A DNA stretch of 64,000 nt, taken from positions 60,140,001 to 60,204,000 of the forward strand of contig CM052824.1 of assembly GCA_028534125.1 (NCBI GenBank), given 5' to 3'. Shown in pieces: positions 46,681 to 57,859 of this stretch; position 1 is the first letter of the stretch; the number at the start of each line of letters is the position of its first letter. A model generated the notes under the pieces. It was given only the letters and a program-made list of their open reading frames with translations, did not search any database and had not been told where the DNA came from. Origin of the DNA: Lama glama. Taxonomy: Eukaryota. The position numbers and the translations under genes are program-made.

Positions 46681-46969
46681 GACAACAGGGTCAGTGCTGC
46701 AGACTGTGTTTCAAGCTTCTGCTTTTGAAACGTAAGCTCTGGGATGAAAAGCTGTTCAAGCTTCGCAGTACGTTTGTCCGGACGGCAGCAGCAGACGGAG
46801 CCCTGTGGGTCTCCCAGAGCCTGGGGTGCGCTGCAGGGGCACCACGTCGAAGTGCACAAGGACGAGGACACCCTGTGCCGTGGAGGCGCGTTTGGCCACC
46901 GCAAGGAAGGTGGCCCTGGCGCGGGCTACCACGCGCGCGGACTCAGCGGAGGAAGTCGGTCAGCACAGA

Positions 46970-47330
46970 CCACAGACTGTAGGGTTCCACTGACGTAGAA
47001 TCTCCAGGATGAGCAAATCCATACAGATAGAAAAGAAACTAGTGATCTGCCGGGGCCGGGGGTGAGGTGGGGTGGGGAAGGAGAAGGGGGCAGTGACTGC
47101 TTCATTGGCCCGGGGTTTCCTTCTAGGAGGACGAAGATGTTCTGGAATTAGACGCGCACTTCCTTTTCTTTCCCTTTTTTTCAAGTGGAGGCACTGGGGC
47201 TTGAACCCAGCACCTCCTGCATGCTGAACTCACGCTCTGCCGCTGAGCTCTGCCCCACAAGAGACTGAATGTTAAAACAGTGACTGTTACGCTATGTGAA
47301 TTGCATCTCAATAAATCTGCTGTTCAAAAA
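46970..47330 (+). mobile_element. L1MB-type 3' end, interrupted by a SINE
   Basis: GCAAATCCATACAGATAGAAA, AGTGACTGC, GATGTTCTGGAATTAGA, then after the SINE TATGTGAATTGCATCTCAATAAA. Confidence 0.8.
47161..47256 (-). mobile_element. Camelid Vic-1-like SINE
   Basis: T-rich tail then GGAGGCACTGGGGCTTGAACCCAGCACCTCCTGCATGCT...GCTGAGCTCTGCCCC. Confidence 0.85.
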
Positions 47331-47377
47331 TCTCTCCTGAGTACGTATGTTTGAAAAGCTTTATGCTCATCTTAAAG

Positions 47378-47536
47378 TTTTTTCTTTTTTTAAAAAATTT
47401 TTTCTAGTCTTTTTTTTTTTTACATATATTTGTTCATTTTTCTTTTTCCCCTTAAAGGAGGCGCTGGGGGTTGAACCCAGGATCTTGTGCACACCAAGCA
47501 CGCACTCTACCACCGAGCTATAGCCCCCCACTCCCC
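47378..47536 (-). mobile_element. Camelid Vic-1-like SINE
   Basis: Long T-rich tail then GGAGGCGCTGGGGGTTGAACCCAGGATCTTGTGCAC...GCACTCTACCACCGAGCTATAGCCCCC. Confidence 0.9.
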
Positions 47537-47759
47537 TTGTCAGTTTTGAAGTGATCACACAGACAGGTGAGCGTGTAGGACGCACGCGCACACCTGGAAG
47601 CCTGCGACGCGAGCGCTGGCCCAGCGCCCGGGTAAGGCGGAAGCGCGGGGCCGGTTTCTTCAAAGCGCTCTATGCAGCCCTCTTTCCCACCAGCCCAGCG
47701 CCAACCACCACCCAGGTTTTTTCGTGTTAACCATCTCCTTGTCTTGATTGACACTTTTA

Positions 47760-48045
47760 TCACCTAATACACATCCCTAAAAATGTGACTCTAGCCGCAG
47801 AAGCTTATTCAAATTGAAACGAATGTGGAACATTAAAATCACCAGTAGCAGGCGAGTGAAATGTGGTGGCATCAAAGGAATGCAGTCCTGACACATGTGC
47901 AGCCAGGAGGACCCGTGAAAAAGCAATGCTCAGCGAGAGAAGCAGAAACAAAAGGCTACACATTGTACGGTGCTGTCACTACAAGGCGTCCAGGATGGGC
48001 AAACCCCAAGGGACAGGATGCAGGTGAGCAGCTGCCCAGTCGTGG
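47760..48045 (+). mobile_element. L1M (L1MB/ME) 3' UTR fragment
   Basis: AAAGGAATGCAGTCCTGACACATG, ATGCTCAGCGAGAGAAGCAGAAACAAAAGGCTACACATTGTA, CCAGGATGGGCAAACC. Confidence 0.7.
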
Positions 48046-48208
48046 AAGGAAAGGCAGGGTTGTCCCAGCAGGTGAAGATTTGAGGAGATGACCTAGACCA
48101 CCGTCTGGCTCCAGCCCCCGGGTGTTGACAGGAGACCCTCAGCTGGAAGCCAGTGGGAAAATAGGGCTGACCAAGGTCAGGTGTCTGGTGACTGCAGGAT
48201 GGACGGTA

Positions 48209-48620
48209 CATCCATTCAAGTGGTACCCGTTCATTGTACACCTGCTATGCACCAGGGTGGCCATAGCCCCAAGGACATAGCAGTGACCGAAACAGACAAG
48301 AGCCCCTCCCCCTGGAGCTCACTGTTCCCTGGGGAGGCAGCAACAGGCCAGATACAGAAGAACCTTGCACGGCAGGTGGCGGCTGCACTGCTGTGGGACT
48401 GAAGAAGGAGGGAAGAGAGGTGAGGAAGCAGGGGCATGGAGGGCACACCTCTCAATAGGGTGGCCCAGGGAGACTTCTGGGAAGGGGTGGCATTTGAGCA
48501 GAGATGTGAGAGAGTGAAAAGGGAGCCCCAGGCACGTCTAGAGGAACAGCATTTGGACACGTGGAACAGCCATTGTGGGGGCCCTGAGGCACCAGCCCCC
48601 TGTGCTGGAGCAGCACAAGA
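48209..48620 (-). mobile_element. L2 fragment
   Basis: CACCTGCTATGCACCAGG, GGACATAGCAGTGACCGAAACAGACAAG, CTGGAGCTCACTGT, GGCATTTGAGCAGAGA, GGAACAGC...GGCCCTGAGG. Confidence 0.8.
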
Positions 48621-48669
48621 GAGTGAGAGGATAGGAACAAATCAGGGGGTGGCGGGCTCAGGGGAAGGC

Positions 48670-49042
48670 AAACCGAGGCTATGCATGGAATTAAGGGGGG
48701 TCGTCAGTTGACCACGAGGTGGGGAGAGTCTCTCCTGGATCATGTGGTCAGGCCCAGCGTCCTCACGAGGGTCCTTAAATGGGGTGGAGGGAAGCAGAAG
48801 GATTCAGATGGTCTTGCTTTGAATACGAAAGGCACCAGGAGCCAAGGAAAGCGGGGCCGCCTCTAAGAGATGGAAAAGGCAGGAGAATGCGGTCTAGACC
48901 CTCCAGAAAGGGGACGGCCCTCCCAGCGCCTTGCTTTTCGCCCATTCAGGCTTCTGACCTGCAGGGCAGCCGTAACAGCTCTGTGCCGCTCTGAGCCGCA
49001 GGCCGCGGTTGTTCCTTACAGCCGCCTCGGGAGGCTCTCCCA
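48670..49042 (+). mobile_element. MaLR LTR (MLT1D/E-like)
   Basis: CTCCTGGATCAT, GAGGGTCCTTAAA, GAGCCAAGGAAAGCGGGGCCGCCTCTA, GGAAAAGGCAGGA, CTTCTGACCTGCAG; 3' end strongly GC-shifted. Confidence 0.8.
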
Positions 49043-49279
49043 AGGGGAGGCAAGACCCTCCTCCACGTGCGGTCAGGACGAGCCAGGGGAGGGCGAGGTC
49101 CGGGCCGGGCTGTCCCGCGCTGAGCCGGGGCGGTGCAGGGGCCCTGGGCGCGGCGGCCCTCACGCCGGGCTCCCTGCTCCCGCTGCGGCAGGATGGGCCC
49201 GTTGCCGCTGACATCCCGCCCACGGCCACAGTCCCAGAGGCTCCGGTTGTCACCCCCGAGGGGCTCCTCACATGCCTGC

Positions 49280-50485
49280 TCCTGCGTTGTCTTGGCTTCC
49301 TTTCTCATTTTGTGAAGCACGTCCCGCAGTCCCTCTGGCTAACTGGGGCGCTCACACGCCCGGGAGTGCCCGCCGCCCTCCGCCGTACAGGCACGCCAGC
49401 CGGCTGGGCGTGCGGTGCCAGCTTGGGGAGCGCTTCGTCCAGCGCTGCTCCGGTTTCACTGCGCTGTCTTCCTGCTCCCAGGGTAGCCGTTGAGAAGTCG
49501 GAGGAGATTCCGCCTCCTTCCGCTTGGTCGGTGGCTCCTCGTTCTCGTCTTTGGAACCTGGAATCTCCTCGTGGCGCCAAGGGTCCCACTGTGTCACCTG
49601 GAGTGTCTGATGTCACCCACCGGGGGCTCTTTCACACTGGGAACTTCTGCCCTTCAGCTCTGGAAACATTTCTTAAAACACTTTGTTGCTGATTTTCCGG
49701 CCTCTGTTTCCTCTGCTCTTTGTTTCTGGAAACTGACGGTTAGGACACCGTTTTCTTCTGCCACGCAGTCTGTGTGTCCCCTCGTGGCTTTGCTGTATCT
49801 GTTTCCGTGTGCTGTCTGCACATCCTTGGCTGTCTGCCCCTGACCCAGAGGGTGGGTACAGAGCTGGTGAGAAGATCTGAGAGGGAGGGAGGGAGGGGCT
49901 CTTGTCCCTGAGATTCACAGAAGGGTGATCCTGGGACCCCTTGGTGACAACATCCTTAGGGACCGATCTGATTTCCAGGGACTGAGGCAGGGGTCTGGTT
50001 GCTAGTCTTCTGGGGGCCAAGCTAGGGGTGGAGACGGGGGTCTCTGCAGTCGGCATTCAGCCAAGGCTGCCTGCATTCCAGGGACCAGACCTTGGGACTT
50101 CCCTGCCGGGGGTGGGGGGTGGCCGGAGGGGGAGGGGACTGAGGACTCTGACTCCCCTTTCCACTCCAGCCCTCAGGGTCACTGCCGCATGTTCCCCCTG
50201 TTCGGGGATGCTTTTATAGCCAGTCCTGAGAGTGGGGGTCCTCGCTGTGCTAGGTCTGGGGAAACCTCACCTTTCCCACTCTCCACTTCAGCTGTCTCTG
50301 CCTCTCTCTCTCGTCTCTGGCCCAGTTACCAGGGCTCCATCTGCAGTCCGGCTGCCAGATGTTTGCGGCTGCTCTGTCCTCCCACCCTCATGGGTAAATG
50401 TCTTTTAAAATCTCTTTATTGTGGTTGAAGTGGCTTTGCAGCGAGCGCGCACTATTGCGTGTGTTTAATCTGCCATCTTAAGCCC
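49280..50485 (-). mobile_element. HAL1 / ancient L1 5'-ORF1 region relic
   Basis: GTAGCCGTTGAGAAGTC, CCCTTCAGCTCTGGAAACATTTCTT, TTTCTGGAAACT, and terminal GTGTGTTTAATCTGCCATCTTAAGCC resembling the reverse HAL1/L1M 5' end. Confidence 0.55.
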
Positions 50486-50689
50486 CGAGGCTTTGTGGCT
50501 ATTTTAGAGCGGCCATGTCCGCGCAGCGCCCAGCCTCCCCGAGCAGGCGCCCCGGGGTCCTGACCGGTGAGCGCCCCAGAGCCTCCCGCGGCGCCTTCCA
50601 GCAGAAGGATCCGACCCATGGCGTCTGCCAGGCCCACACAATGGACCGCTGGTGGACAGCGGGCATGGCAGTGCCCTGCATCTTTGGGG

Positions 50690-50845
50690 CCGTATGTCCC
50701 GGAAACCGCCAGGAGTGTCCACTGAAATATTAACAGAGGTCTCCTCCGAGTGACGGGATCTCAGGACACCGTGACTTTTTCTCTGCTACACTTACCTGCA
50801 TTTTAACTTTTCTCCAGTGACTATGTAACAGTTGCACAGCTGTCA
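50690..50845 (+). mobile_element. L1ME-type 3' terminal fragment
   Basis: AAATATTAACAGAGGTCTCCTCCGAGTG...ATTTTAACTTTTCTCCAGTGACTATGTA. Confidence 0.4.
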
Positions 50846-52449
50846 CGTGTTCAGAATGAAGGCCAAACTCCTGCCTGTCTCTCCAGAGCCGGCTGCGATG
50901 CCACGACCCGCCTGGAGCGCCTCCAGGCCCCCCTGTTGGCGCTGCTTCCGTCACTGCGTGTGTGATGTGGGCGCTCGGTGACGCTTGTCTGCTAAACAGT
51001 CACTTGATTTTGGAGTTTCAGCCTCATTTCTTTGCCTCGCAGTTGACAGTTTACTCACATTCCACCTAGGGCTCCACCCTGAGGGGTGCTGGAGGCCCCA
51101 GCGGCCCCCAGGAGGACGGAGCCCCCCAGGTGTGGGGGTCGGGCTTGAGGGCAGAGGCTGGCCTTCACCCACACCCTAAAAGGTGGTTCCAGTGCCCCAG
51201 AGATGGCCATGCGGGCCAGAGCCAAGCCGTGGCCCAAGGGCTCCCGGCGTCTCCCCCCAGAGAGAACCCCTGGATGGGCAGGAACTTGGCACCCTGCTCC
51301 ACGCCCTCAACCCCAGGCCCTCTTGGCCTTAGCAGCCTCCGGGGAAGGACGGCAGCACCCCGAACCCCAGCCCGCCCCCCCGAAAAAGGAAGCCAGTTGA
51401 CACTTAGATACCCTCAAACGAGGCTCCTCCCCAACACAGAGCATCGCGTTGTTCAGAAGTGGCAGGATGAGACTCACCTGAGATTCCAGGTGAGATGCTG
51501 GCATCACAGACACAGAGCCGCGGGCAGCACCCCTACGGGATAAGGGGGCTTTGCAGACACAGGCAGGAGGCACCCAGGGAGGGTTTCCACAGTGGAAGTA
51601 GCTCAGGCGTCAAGGGCACCTCGTAGACGCTGAGGGCTCACGCTGGGTTACGCTCTGCACAGACCCACCCAGAGAGGCCCAGGACTCTCATGCCATCGGG
51701 GGAGCCCTCCCTGCACACGGCCATGGAGGGTGCCACGCCTCTGGCGCTGCAGGCCAGGCGGGGAGTTTACTAGAGATGCGAGGCCATCTCCTCCAGAAAG
51801 CCCACCAGACCCTCCCCAGCCTGGTAGAACTTGCCTCTCGTCCTCTGTGTCCCCCGGGACCTACATGGGCTGCAGCTATGAGCCCAGGTACAGCTGGGCC
51901 CCCACGAGAGGGCGTCACACCCTCGCACCCACCCTGCTGGCTCAGGGATGGGGCTCCAGCAGGTGTCCCTGGGGGGCTGAGGGGTCAGAAGGGACCCGTA
52001 CGGAGAAGCACACGGAGGCAGGCTGCCTCGTGCTGAGCCCCTGGAAGTGAGGGATGGGGTGGGCGGGACCGGCCTGGGTGCTCCTTCACGCCCCTCTACC
52101 CTCCGCACCTGGTGCTCCCATGCTTTCTCCAGGGCAGGGGCCTGGGGGTCAGAACATTCCCTGGTTCTCTCCAGGTCTGGAGCAGCCAGAACGGCCATCC
52201 CCTCTCCTCCTGCACCCCCCTCAGTGGAGCTAGCTCTCCCTGTGCCCCTGCCTGTGGGCACATGAGGACCCAGGGTGTCTGCTCAGCAGGGACCCCTGGG
52301 CCTTCCTCCCCACCAACAGGGCAGCTGTTTTTCCCTCAGAGCCTCCAGCTGCTCCTGTCTCTTCTAGGCCGCCTCCATCTCTCACCTGCACTCTTACTCC
52401 AAAAGCCTCCTGGCTGGTCCTCAGACTTCCATCCCCTGCTCCCACCACG

Positions 52450-52570
52450 CAGCTCTCAGGGTGTCAGTCAGAGCAGGGGCTTCTTGTCTGTTTTAGTTTC
52501 CCGTATTCTCCGGGGCCTTGCAGAGAATGTGGCACATGGGAGATGGTCAATAGTTTTGGATGAATGGATG
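52450..52570 (+). mobile_element. L2 3' end
   Basis: GAGCAGGGGCTTCTTGTCTGTTTT...GTGGCACATGGGAGATGGTCAATAG...GATGAATG. Confidence 0.65.
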
Positions 52571-52699
52571 GGTGGATGGACGGATGGGTGGGTGGGTAGA
52601 TGGGTGGATATATGCATGGAGGTTGGATGTACAGATGGATGACTAAATGTGTGAAGAACGTATGGATAGATGGATGGATGGGTGGATGGATAGGATGAA
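52557..52699. repeat. (TGGA)n simple repeat expanded from the L2 tail
   Basis: Degenerate TGGA/TGGG tetramers. Confidence 0.85.
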
Positions 52700-52719
52700 T
52701 CCCTTGCCCAATAGACCAA

Positions 52720-52845
52720 GGAAATTGAGTTTCATGATGAAACTGAGAAAAAGAGGCCTAGCAGAGGGTAGTGGGTAGCACTTGCCCGAGGTCGGGGGCA
52801 GTGGCATCAGAGCTGGCCCAGGACCCTAGACCTCTGTCCTCCCTG
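52720..52845 (-). mobile_element. MIR fragment
   Basis: TGATGAAACTGAG...CACTTGCCCGAGGTC...AGTGGCATCAGAGCTGG...AGACCTCTG. Confidence 0.5.
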
Positions 52846-53845
52846 TCCCACTGCCTGCGGTGGTCAGTTACACCTGGACGAGAAGGCTGGATCTGTCTCG
52901 TTTGTGCCATTGGCCCCGGGGTGGAGCCCTCCAGGGTCCAAGACCTGATCCTGCTCCCCGCCATCACCTGCACCTGTAGGACGTGCGGTTTCCCCGCCTG
53001 CTCTTCCTGGTCATGACCCCCCGGGCACAGGACCCCCACCTCGGGATCGCCGCTCAGGCGATAAGAAGGCCTGAAGGGAGCAGGCAAGCGGCAGTCACGT
53101 GACACCCGGGCCCCACCCCTTCCAGACACTGCTCCTCGCCCTCCTTCTGCTGAAACTGCTCTCGGGGTCTCCAGAGGCACCTGAGCGGCCCCTGTTCTAT
53201 CCTTGTCTTTCAGGTGCCCCTGCAGGGTTGCACGTGCCCGCCCAGCTCACTCTTAAAAGTGGACACACCCGCCACAGCCTTGCTAACTCTCCCTGGGAAG
53301 GCCATCTGTGTCCGGAAAATCCTTGAGTCCAGGATGCTCCAAGATGGGCAGGAAGCCCCCGGGAAGTGCCCTGGGGTGCGGGACTCCTTCTTGCCCCTCC
53401 CCCTACCACCCTGCCCGGAACACTCAGCTGCGCGTTTCATCGACCACGGGCACAGCCAAAAAGCCCAGCTCTCCCCAGCCCCACGGCGGCGCGTTGTCTC
53501 ATGTGTCCCTGAAGCTGACCCAGCAGGGCCTGGCTGGGCCTCTGGCCTCACCCTGCAGGGGGAGTAATGATGAACCTGGCTGGGGCCCTTCCTGGACCCT
53601 CCCAAGGTCAGGGTCTCGGGACCTTCCCTGAGGCTGTCCCAAGGCTGCCATCTCAGTCAGGCGTAACCAGGCAGCACGGTGTGGCTGGGGTCGTCCTCAG
53701 CTGTGGGCACTGCTGGGTGTGGCACAGCCTCCTCCAGTGTCTTTGGCCCAAGAGGGGACACAGTGACCCACCCGGGTCCCCTGTGGGGTGGCCCCAGGCC
53801 CTCTGTAAATGAGATACAGCAGGGACAGCTGCCCCAGGCTCTAGA

Positions 53846-53985
53846 NNNNNNNNNNNNNNNNNNNNNNNNNNNNNNNNNNNNNNNNNNNNNNNNNNNNNNN
53901 NNNNNNNNNNNNNNNNNNNNNNNNNNNNNNNNNNNNNNNNNNNNNNNNNNNNNNNNNNNNNNNNNNNNNNNNNNNNNNNNNNNNN
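53846..53985. other. Assembly gap (140 N)
   Basis: N-run. Confidence 0.99.
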
Positions 53986-54704
53986 GAGTTTGGGGTGAAG
54001 GACACCTTGAAATAATTAAATTTTTTGCTCATTTTATGTTGTGAAAATGGCTTAGTCGGTTTGGGGAAGAATTGTAAAACGGTCAGCTGACTCACTTATA
54101 AAGGCAACGTTATTTTTCTCTCCAGATTCTGCCAGAATAACCACACTGCCTCGGAGGTGGATTTCTTCCAAAGGCATCTCAAGCACTGGTCCAGCTGCCT
54201 CTCACCCCAGTCCGTTGCGTTTAGGGGAGCAACCCCCCTCCCAGAGGCGCTCCGGGTGGGTGGCATTGGGGGACCAGGAGGACGGGGGTCCAGCGTGGTG
54301 GGGTCCAGGTACTGGCAGACAGGCTGACCCCTCCTCAGGTGGGTGGGAGGGAGGGACTCGGGTTCACCTGCCCCCTTTGCCTCAGGGATGACCGGGACCT
54401 TGCCCCTGGAGTGAGCATAGCACAGAGAGGGGCAGCCCAGCCCAGCTCGGATGCTCTGGCCAACGAGCACGCCTGGTGAGAGGCGTGGACACTTGGGAAA
54501 TGAGAATTCATGGAAAGATTAGATTGTGCTTAGTACGACGTCAGAACCCTCGACCGTGCTGGGTCAGAATCCCTGGCTTTGGCGCTAGGACAGCCCCTGC
54601 GTGTCCAGGAGCCTCAGGCAGGAGCCTTCCTGCACCTGTTTCCCCGGACAGTTTCCCCTTCCACATCTCCTCTCCAGACGTGTGACTTGCAGACACCTGC
54701 TCCC

Positions 54705-56086
54705 GGAATCTGACCTGCCTTTCCTTTTGCTCAGCAGTGCCTTTTGAAGAACAAACTTCTTAACAATAGCAAATTAAAATTTAAACGATTTTTAATTGTT
54801 TATTTTTGTTTCTTTCCATTTAAAAAAATCCTCGCCGAACCCAAAGCTACCAAGGTTTTCTAAACATCTTCTCTAAAAGTTTTATAGTTTGAGCTCTGGG
54901 ATCTATTTTGAGTTCATTTTTTGTCAGGGTTGAAGTTCACTTCTTTGTATGTGAGTGTTCAGTTGTTCCAGCCTCATTTGTTGAAAAGTCTGTGATTTCC
55001 CCATTGAATTGGCTTGGCAATATTATCAAAAATTGATTGTCCAAGTATGTGTGGGTCCATTGGCGGACTCTCTGTTCCATTGATTTGTGTATCTAGCCTT
55101 TCACAGTGCCACACGGTCACGATTCCTCTAACTTCATGATAAGCCATGAGATATAGTACAAGTCTTCCAACATTTCTTCTTCTACAAAGTTGATTAGGTT
55201 ACTTTAGGTGCATTGTGTTTCCACATAAACATTAAAGCTAGCTCGGCAATTTCTGTAAGAAAGTATTCTAGGATTTTTTTTTCCACTGGTATTTCACTGA
55301 ATCTATAGATCAATTTCAGGAAAATTGTCATTAACAGTACTGAACCTTCCAATCCATGAACATGGTATATCTCTCCACTTACTCAGATCGCCTTTGATTT
55401 ATCTTGGTGATATTTCATAGTTTTCGGTGTATGTGCCTTACACATTTTTTTCTTTTGGTTAAACTGATTGCTGAGTTTATCATTTTTTATTCTATTGTAA
55501 TTTTTTAGAATTTCAGTTTCCACTTGTTCATTGCTAGTGTGTGGAAGTCCAATTAACTGTTGTTCACTGGCATTTTGTACATTGTGATTGCTAGACTCAT
55601 TTATCAGTTCTTGTAGATTTTTTGCAGTTTCCTTTAGATTTTGTACATAGACAAATATGTTATCTGCACCTATTTCTTCTTAAGTCAATACCAGTACTTT
55701 GTGTTTTTCAAGAAATTCATACCTTTCATTTAGTTTTCAAATGTATTGACATAAAGCTCTTCATAGAATTTGTTTATTATTTTTTATTGTGTGTAGATTT
55801 GGTAGTGATGGCCCCTCTTTTATTTCAGGCATTGGTAATTTATGTCTCATCTGTTTTCTTCTTGGTAAGTTTGGCTAGACGTTTATCCATAAACTTGTTC
55901 AAGAACAGGTTTTGGTTTTATTGAATCTTCCTTTATTTTTGTTTTTCTACTTCACTTATTTTTTCTCTTGGATTTATTATTTCCTTCTGCTTACTTTGGA
56001 TTTAAGTTTTTCTTCATTTTATCACCCTTATGGAGAGAGCATAGCTTATTAATCTGACATTTTTCTTCTTTCCTAATTTAAGAAAT
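54705..56086 (-). mobile_element. L1 ORF2 region (L1M), antisense, truncated by gap
   Basis: T-rich strand with L1 hallmarks CAGTTGTTCCAGCCTCATTTGTTGAAAAG, TGAATCTATAGATCAATTT, CTTCCAATCCATGAACATGGTATATCTCTCCA. Confidence 0.9.
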
Positions 56087-56586
56087 NNNNNNNNNNNNNN
56101 NNNNNNNNNNNNNNNNNNNNNNNNNNNNNNNNNNNNNNNNNNNNNNNNNNNNNNNNNNNNNNNNNNNNNNNNNNNNNNNNNNNNNNNNNNNNNNNNNNNN
56201 NNNNNNNNNNNNNNNNNNNNNNNNNNNNNNNNNNNNNNNNNNNNNNNNNNNNNNNNNNNNNNNNNNNNNNNNNNNNNNNNNNNNNNNNNNNNNNNNNNNN
56301 NNNNNNNNNNNNNNNNNNNNNNNNNNNNNNNNNNNNNNNNNNNNNNNNNNNNNNNNNNNNNNNNNNNNNNNNNNNNNNNNNNNNNNNNNNNNNNNNNNNN
56401 NNNNNNNNNNNNNNNNNNNNNNNNNNNNNNNNNNNNNNNNNNNNNNNNNNNNNNNNNNNNNNNNNNNNNNNNNNNNNNNNNNNNNNNNNNNNNNNNNNNN
56501 NNNNNNNNNNNNNNNNNNNNNNNNNNNNNNNNNNNNNNNNNNNNNNNNNNNNNNNNNNNNNNNNNNNNNNNNNNNNNNNNNNNNNN
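56087..56586. other. Assembly gap (500 N)
   Basis: N-run adjoining L1. Confidence 0.99.
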
Positions 56587-57454
56587 GACACGATGCTGCT
56601 GACTTACCTGGGCCCTTGTTGGAATGTCACTGGTTGTGAAAAGCAAGAGACTCTGGAACCATCTCTTAATTCTCCACAAGCTCTGGGATCTAAACTTAGC
56701 TCCCCACCCAGCACTGCCCCCGGAAACTCTCCAGACAGTGAGCGAGGCCTCGTGAGGGCAGGAAGAGTTACACACTTGTTACACACTCAGAGAGACAAAG
56801 TGCCTCCCGTCTGTTGGGGGCAGGTGGTGTATTTTGAGAAGCACCAAGAAACTCCAGCGACCTCCCACGCAGGGTCACACGGTGTCAAATTCTGTTACCC
56901 GACACTTGCTCCTTTGTACTTTAAAAAGAGGAGCGAACACCTTCAGGTCCTCACTCCTGCTGTATTAGTTCAGGAGGGAGGCGGGCAGGAAAGAGATGTT
57001 GATGGAATACACACCTGCTGTGAGGGATGCTTTCCGCCTGCCTCTCACTGAGTCTGCCCTGTCCCCAGGGTCCACCTGAGGCAGGTACCACAGTCACACC
57101 TTGCCCCTGAGTATACCTGAGGCAGGTGTTGCCACGCCCACTCCCCAGGTGAGGCCCCTGAGGAGCCTTCCAGGAGTTCACACAGACCTCAGACCTCGAG
57201 GCTACCAAGTGCAAGTGTCTCTCTGACCCTCCCTCCCTCCAGAGAGGCCTGCTGGCCCCTCAGCTCCCCCCAGGTTGGGCAAGCACAGGGAGGGGGCAGG
57301 ACCCCGGAGCTCAGGGCCCCCCCAGACCCACATCCTTCCGGGGGGCCCCTGCTGCACTGCTCTGGCCTCAGAAAGCAGGTCCCCCCGATCTCCTGGCCCC
57401 TGGTGAGTTCCCAGATCTGTCTTTACGCCCAGCCAAGACATTAGGCAAGGATAT

Positions 57455-57850
57455 TTAAGGAAGACTTTGAGATAAAGTGGGCATGTTTCTGGGAAAATAC
57501 AAAATGCCAAGCCTGGCCCAAGAAGAAATAGAAACTTCAACAGGTCAAAAATGGGAATCAGAGTCCTTCCCCTCCTCAGAAAAGAGCCTCGTGCCAAGCT
57601 GTTTCCAGGGGGCTCTTTCAGGGGGCAGATCATTCTTATCTGACAGAAATTTTTCTAGAAAATACTAAAGGGGGTAAAATGACCTGTTCTATTTTAAGAG
57701 ACCTGTGTCGGCTTGGGTCTAAATCTGGGTCAGAGTGACAAAACAGAAAGCAGCGAAGGCCCTTCCCCCTCACAGACACAGACGGGAAAGCGGTGAGTAA
57801 GATGCTAGCGGCCCGGAGCCAGTCACGTGGTTTGCAGCACACACTCACCA
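57455..57850 (+). mobile_element. Ancient L1 ORF2 fragment (5' part of interrupted element)
   Basis: Encodes the remnant FLGKYKMPSLAQEEIET, similar to L1 ORF2 FLEKYNLPKLTQEEIEN. Confidence 0.75.
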
Positions 57851-57859
57851 GGGCCGCCG

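Noticed and set aside
47455-47536. tRNA-like sequence with A/B boxes (also 11,015-11,074 and 47,187-47,256)
   Set aside because: These are heads of tRNA-derived SINEs with A-rich tails, not tRNA genes.
55622-55924. Hydrophobic 100-aa ORF resembling a membrane protein
   Set aside because: Antisense reading of a T-rich L1 ORF2 relic.
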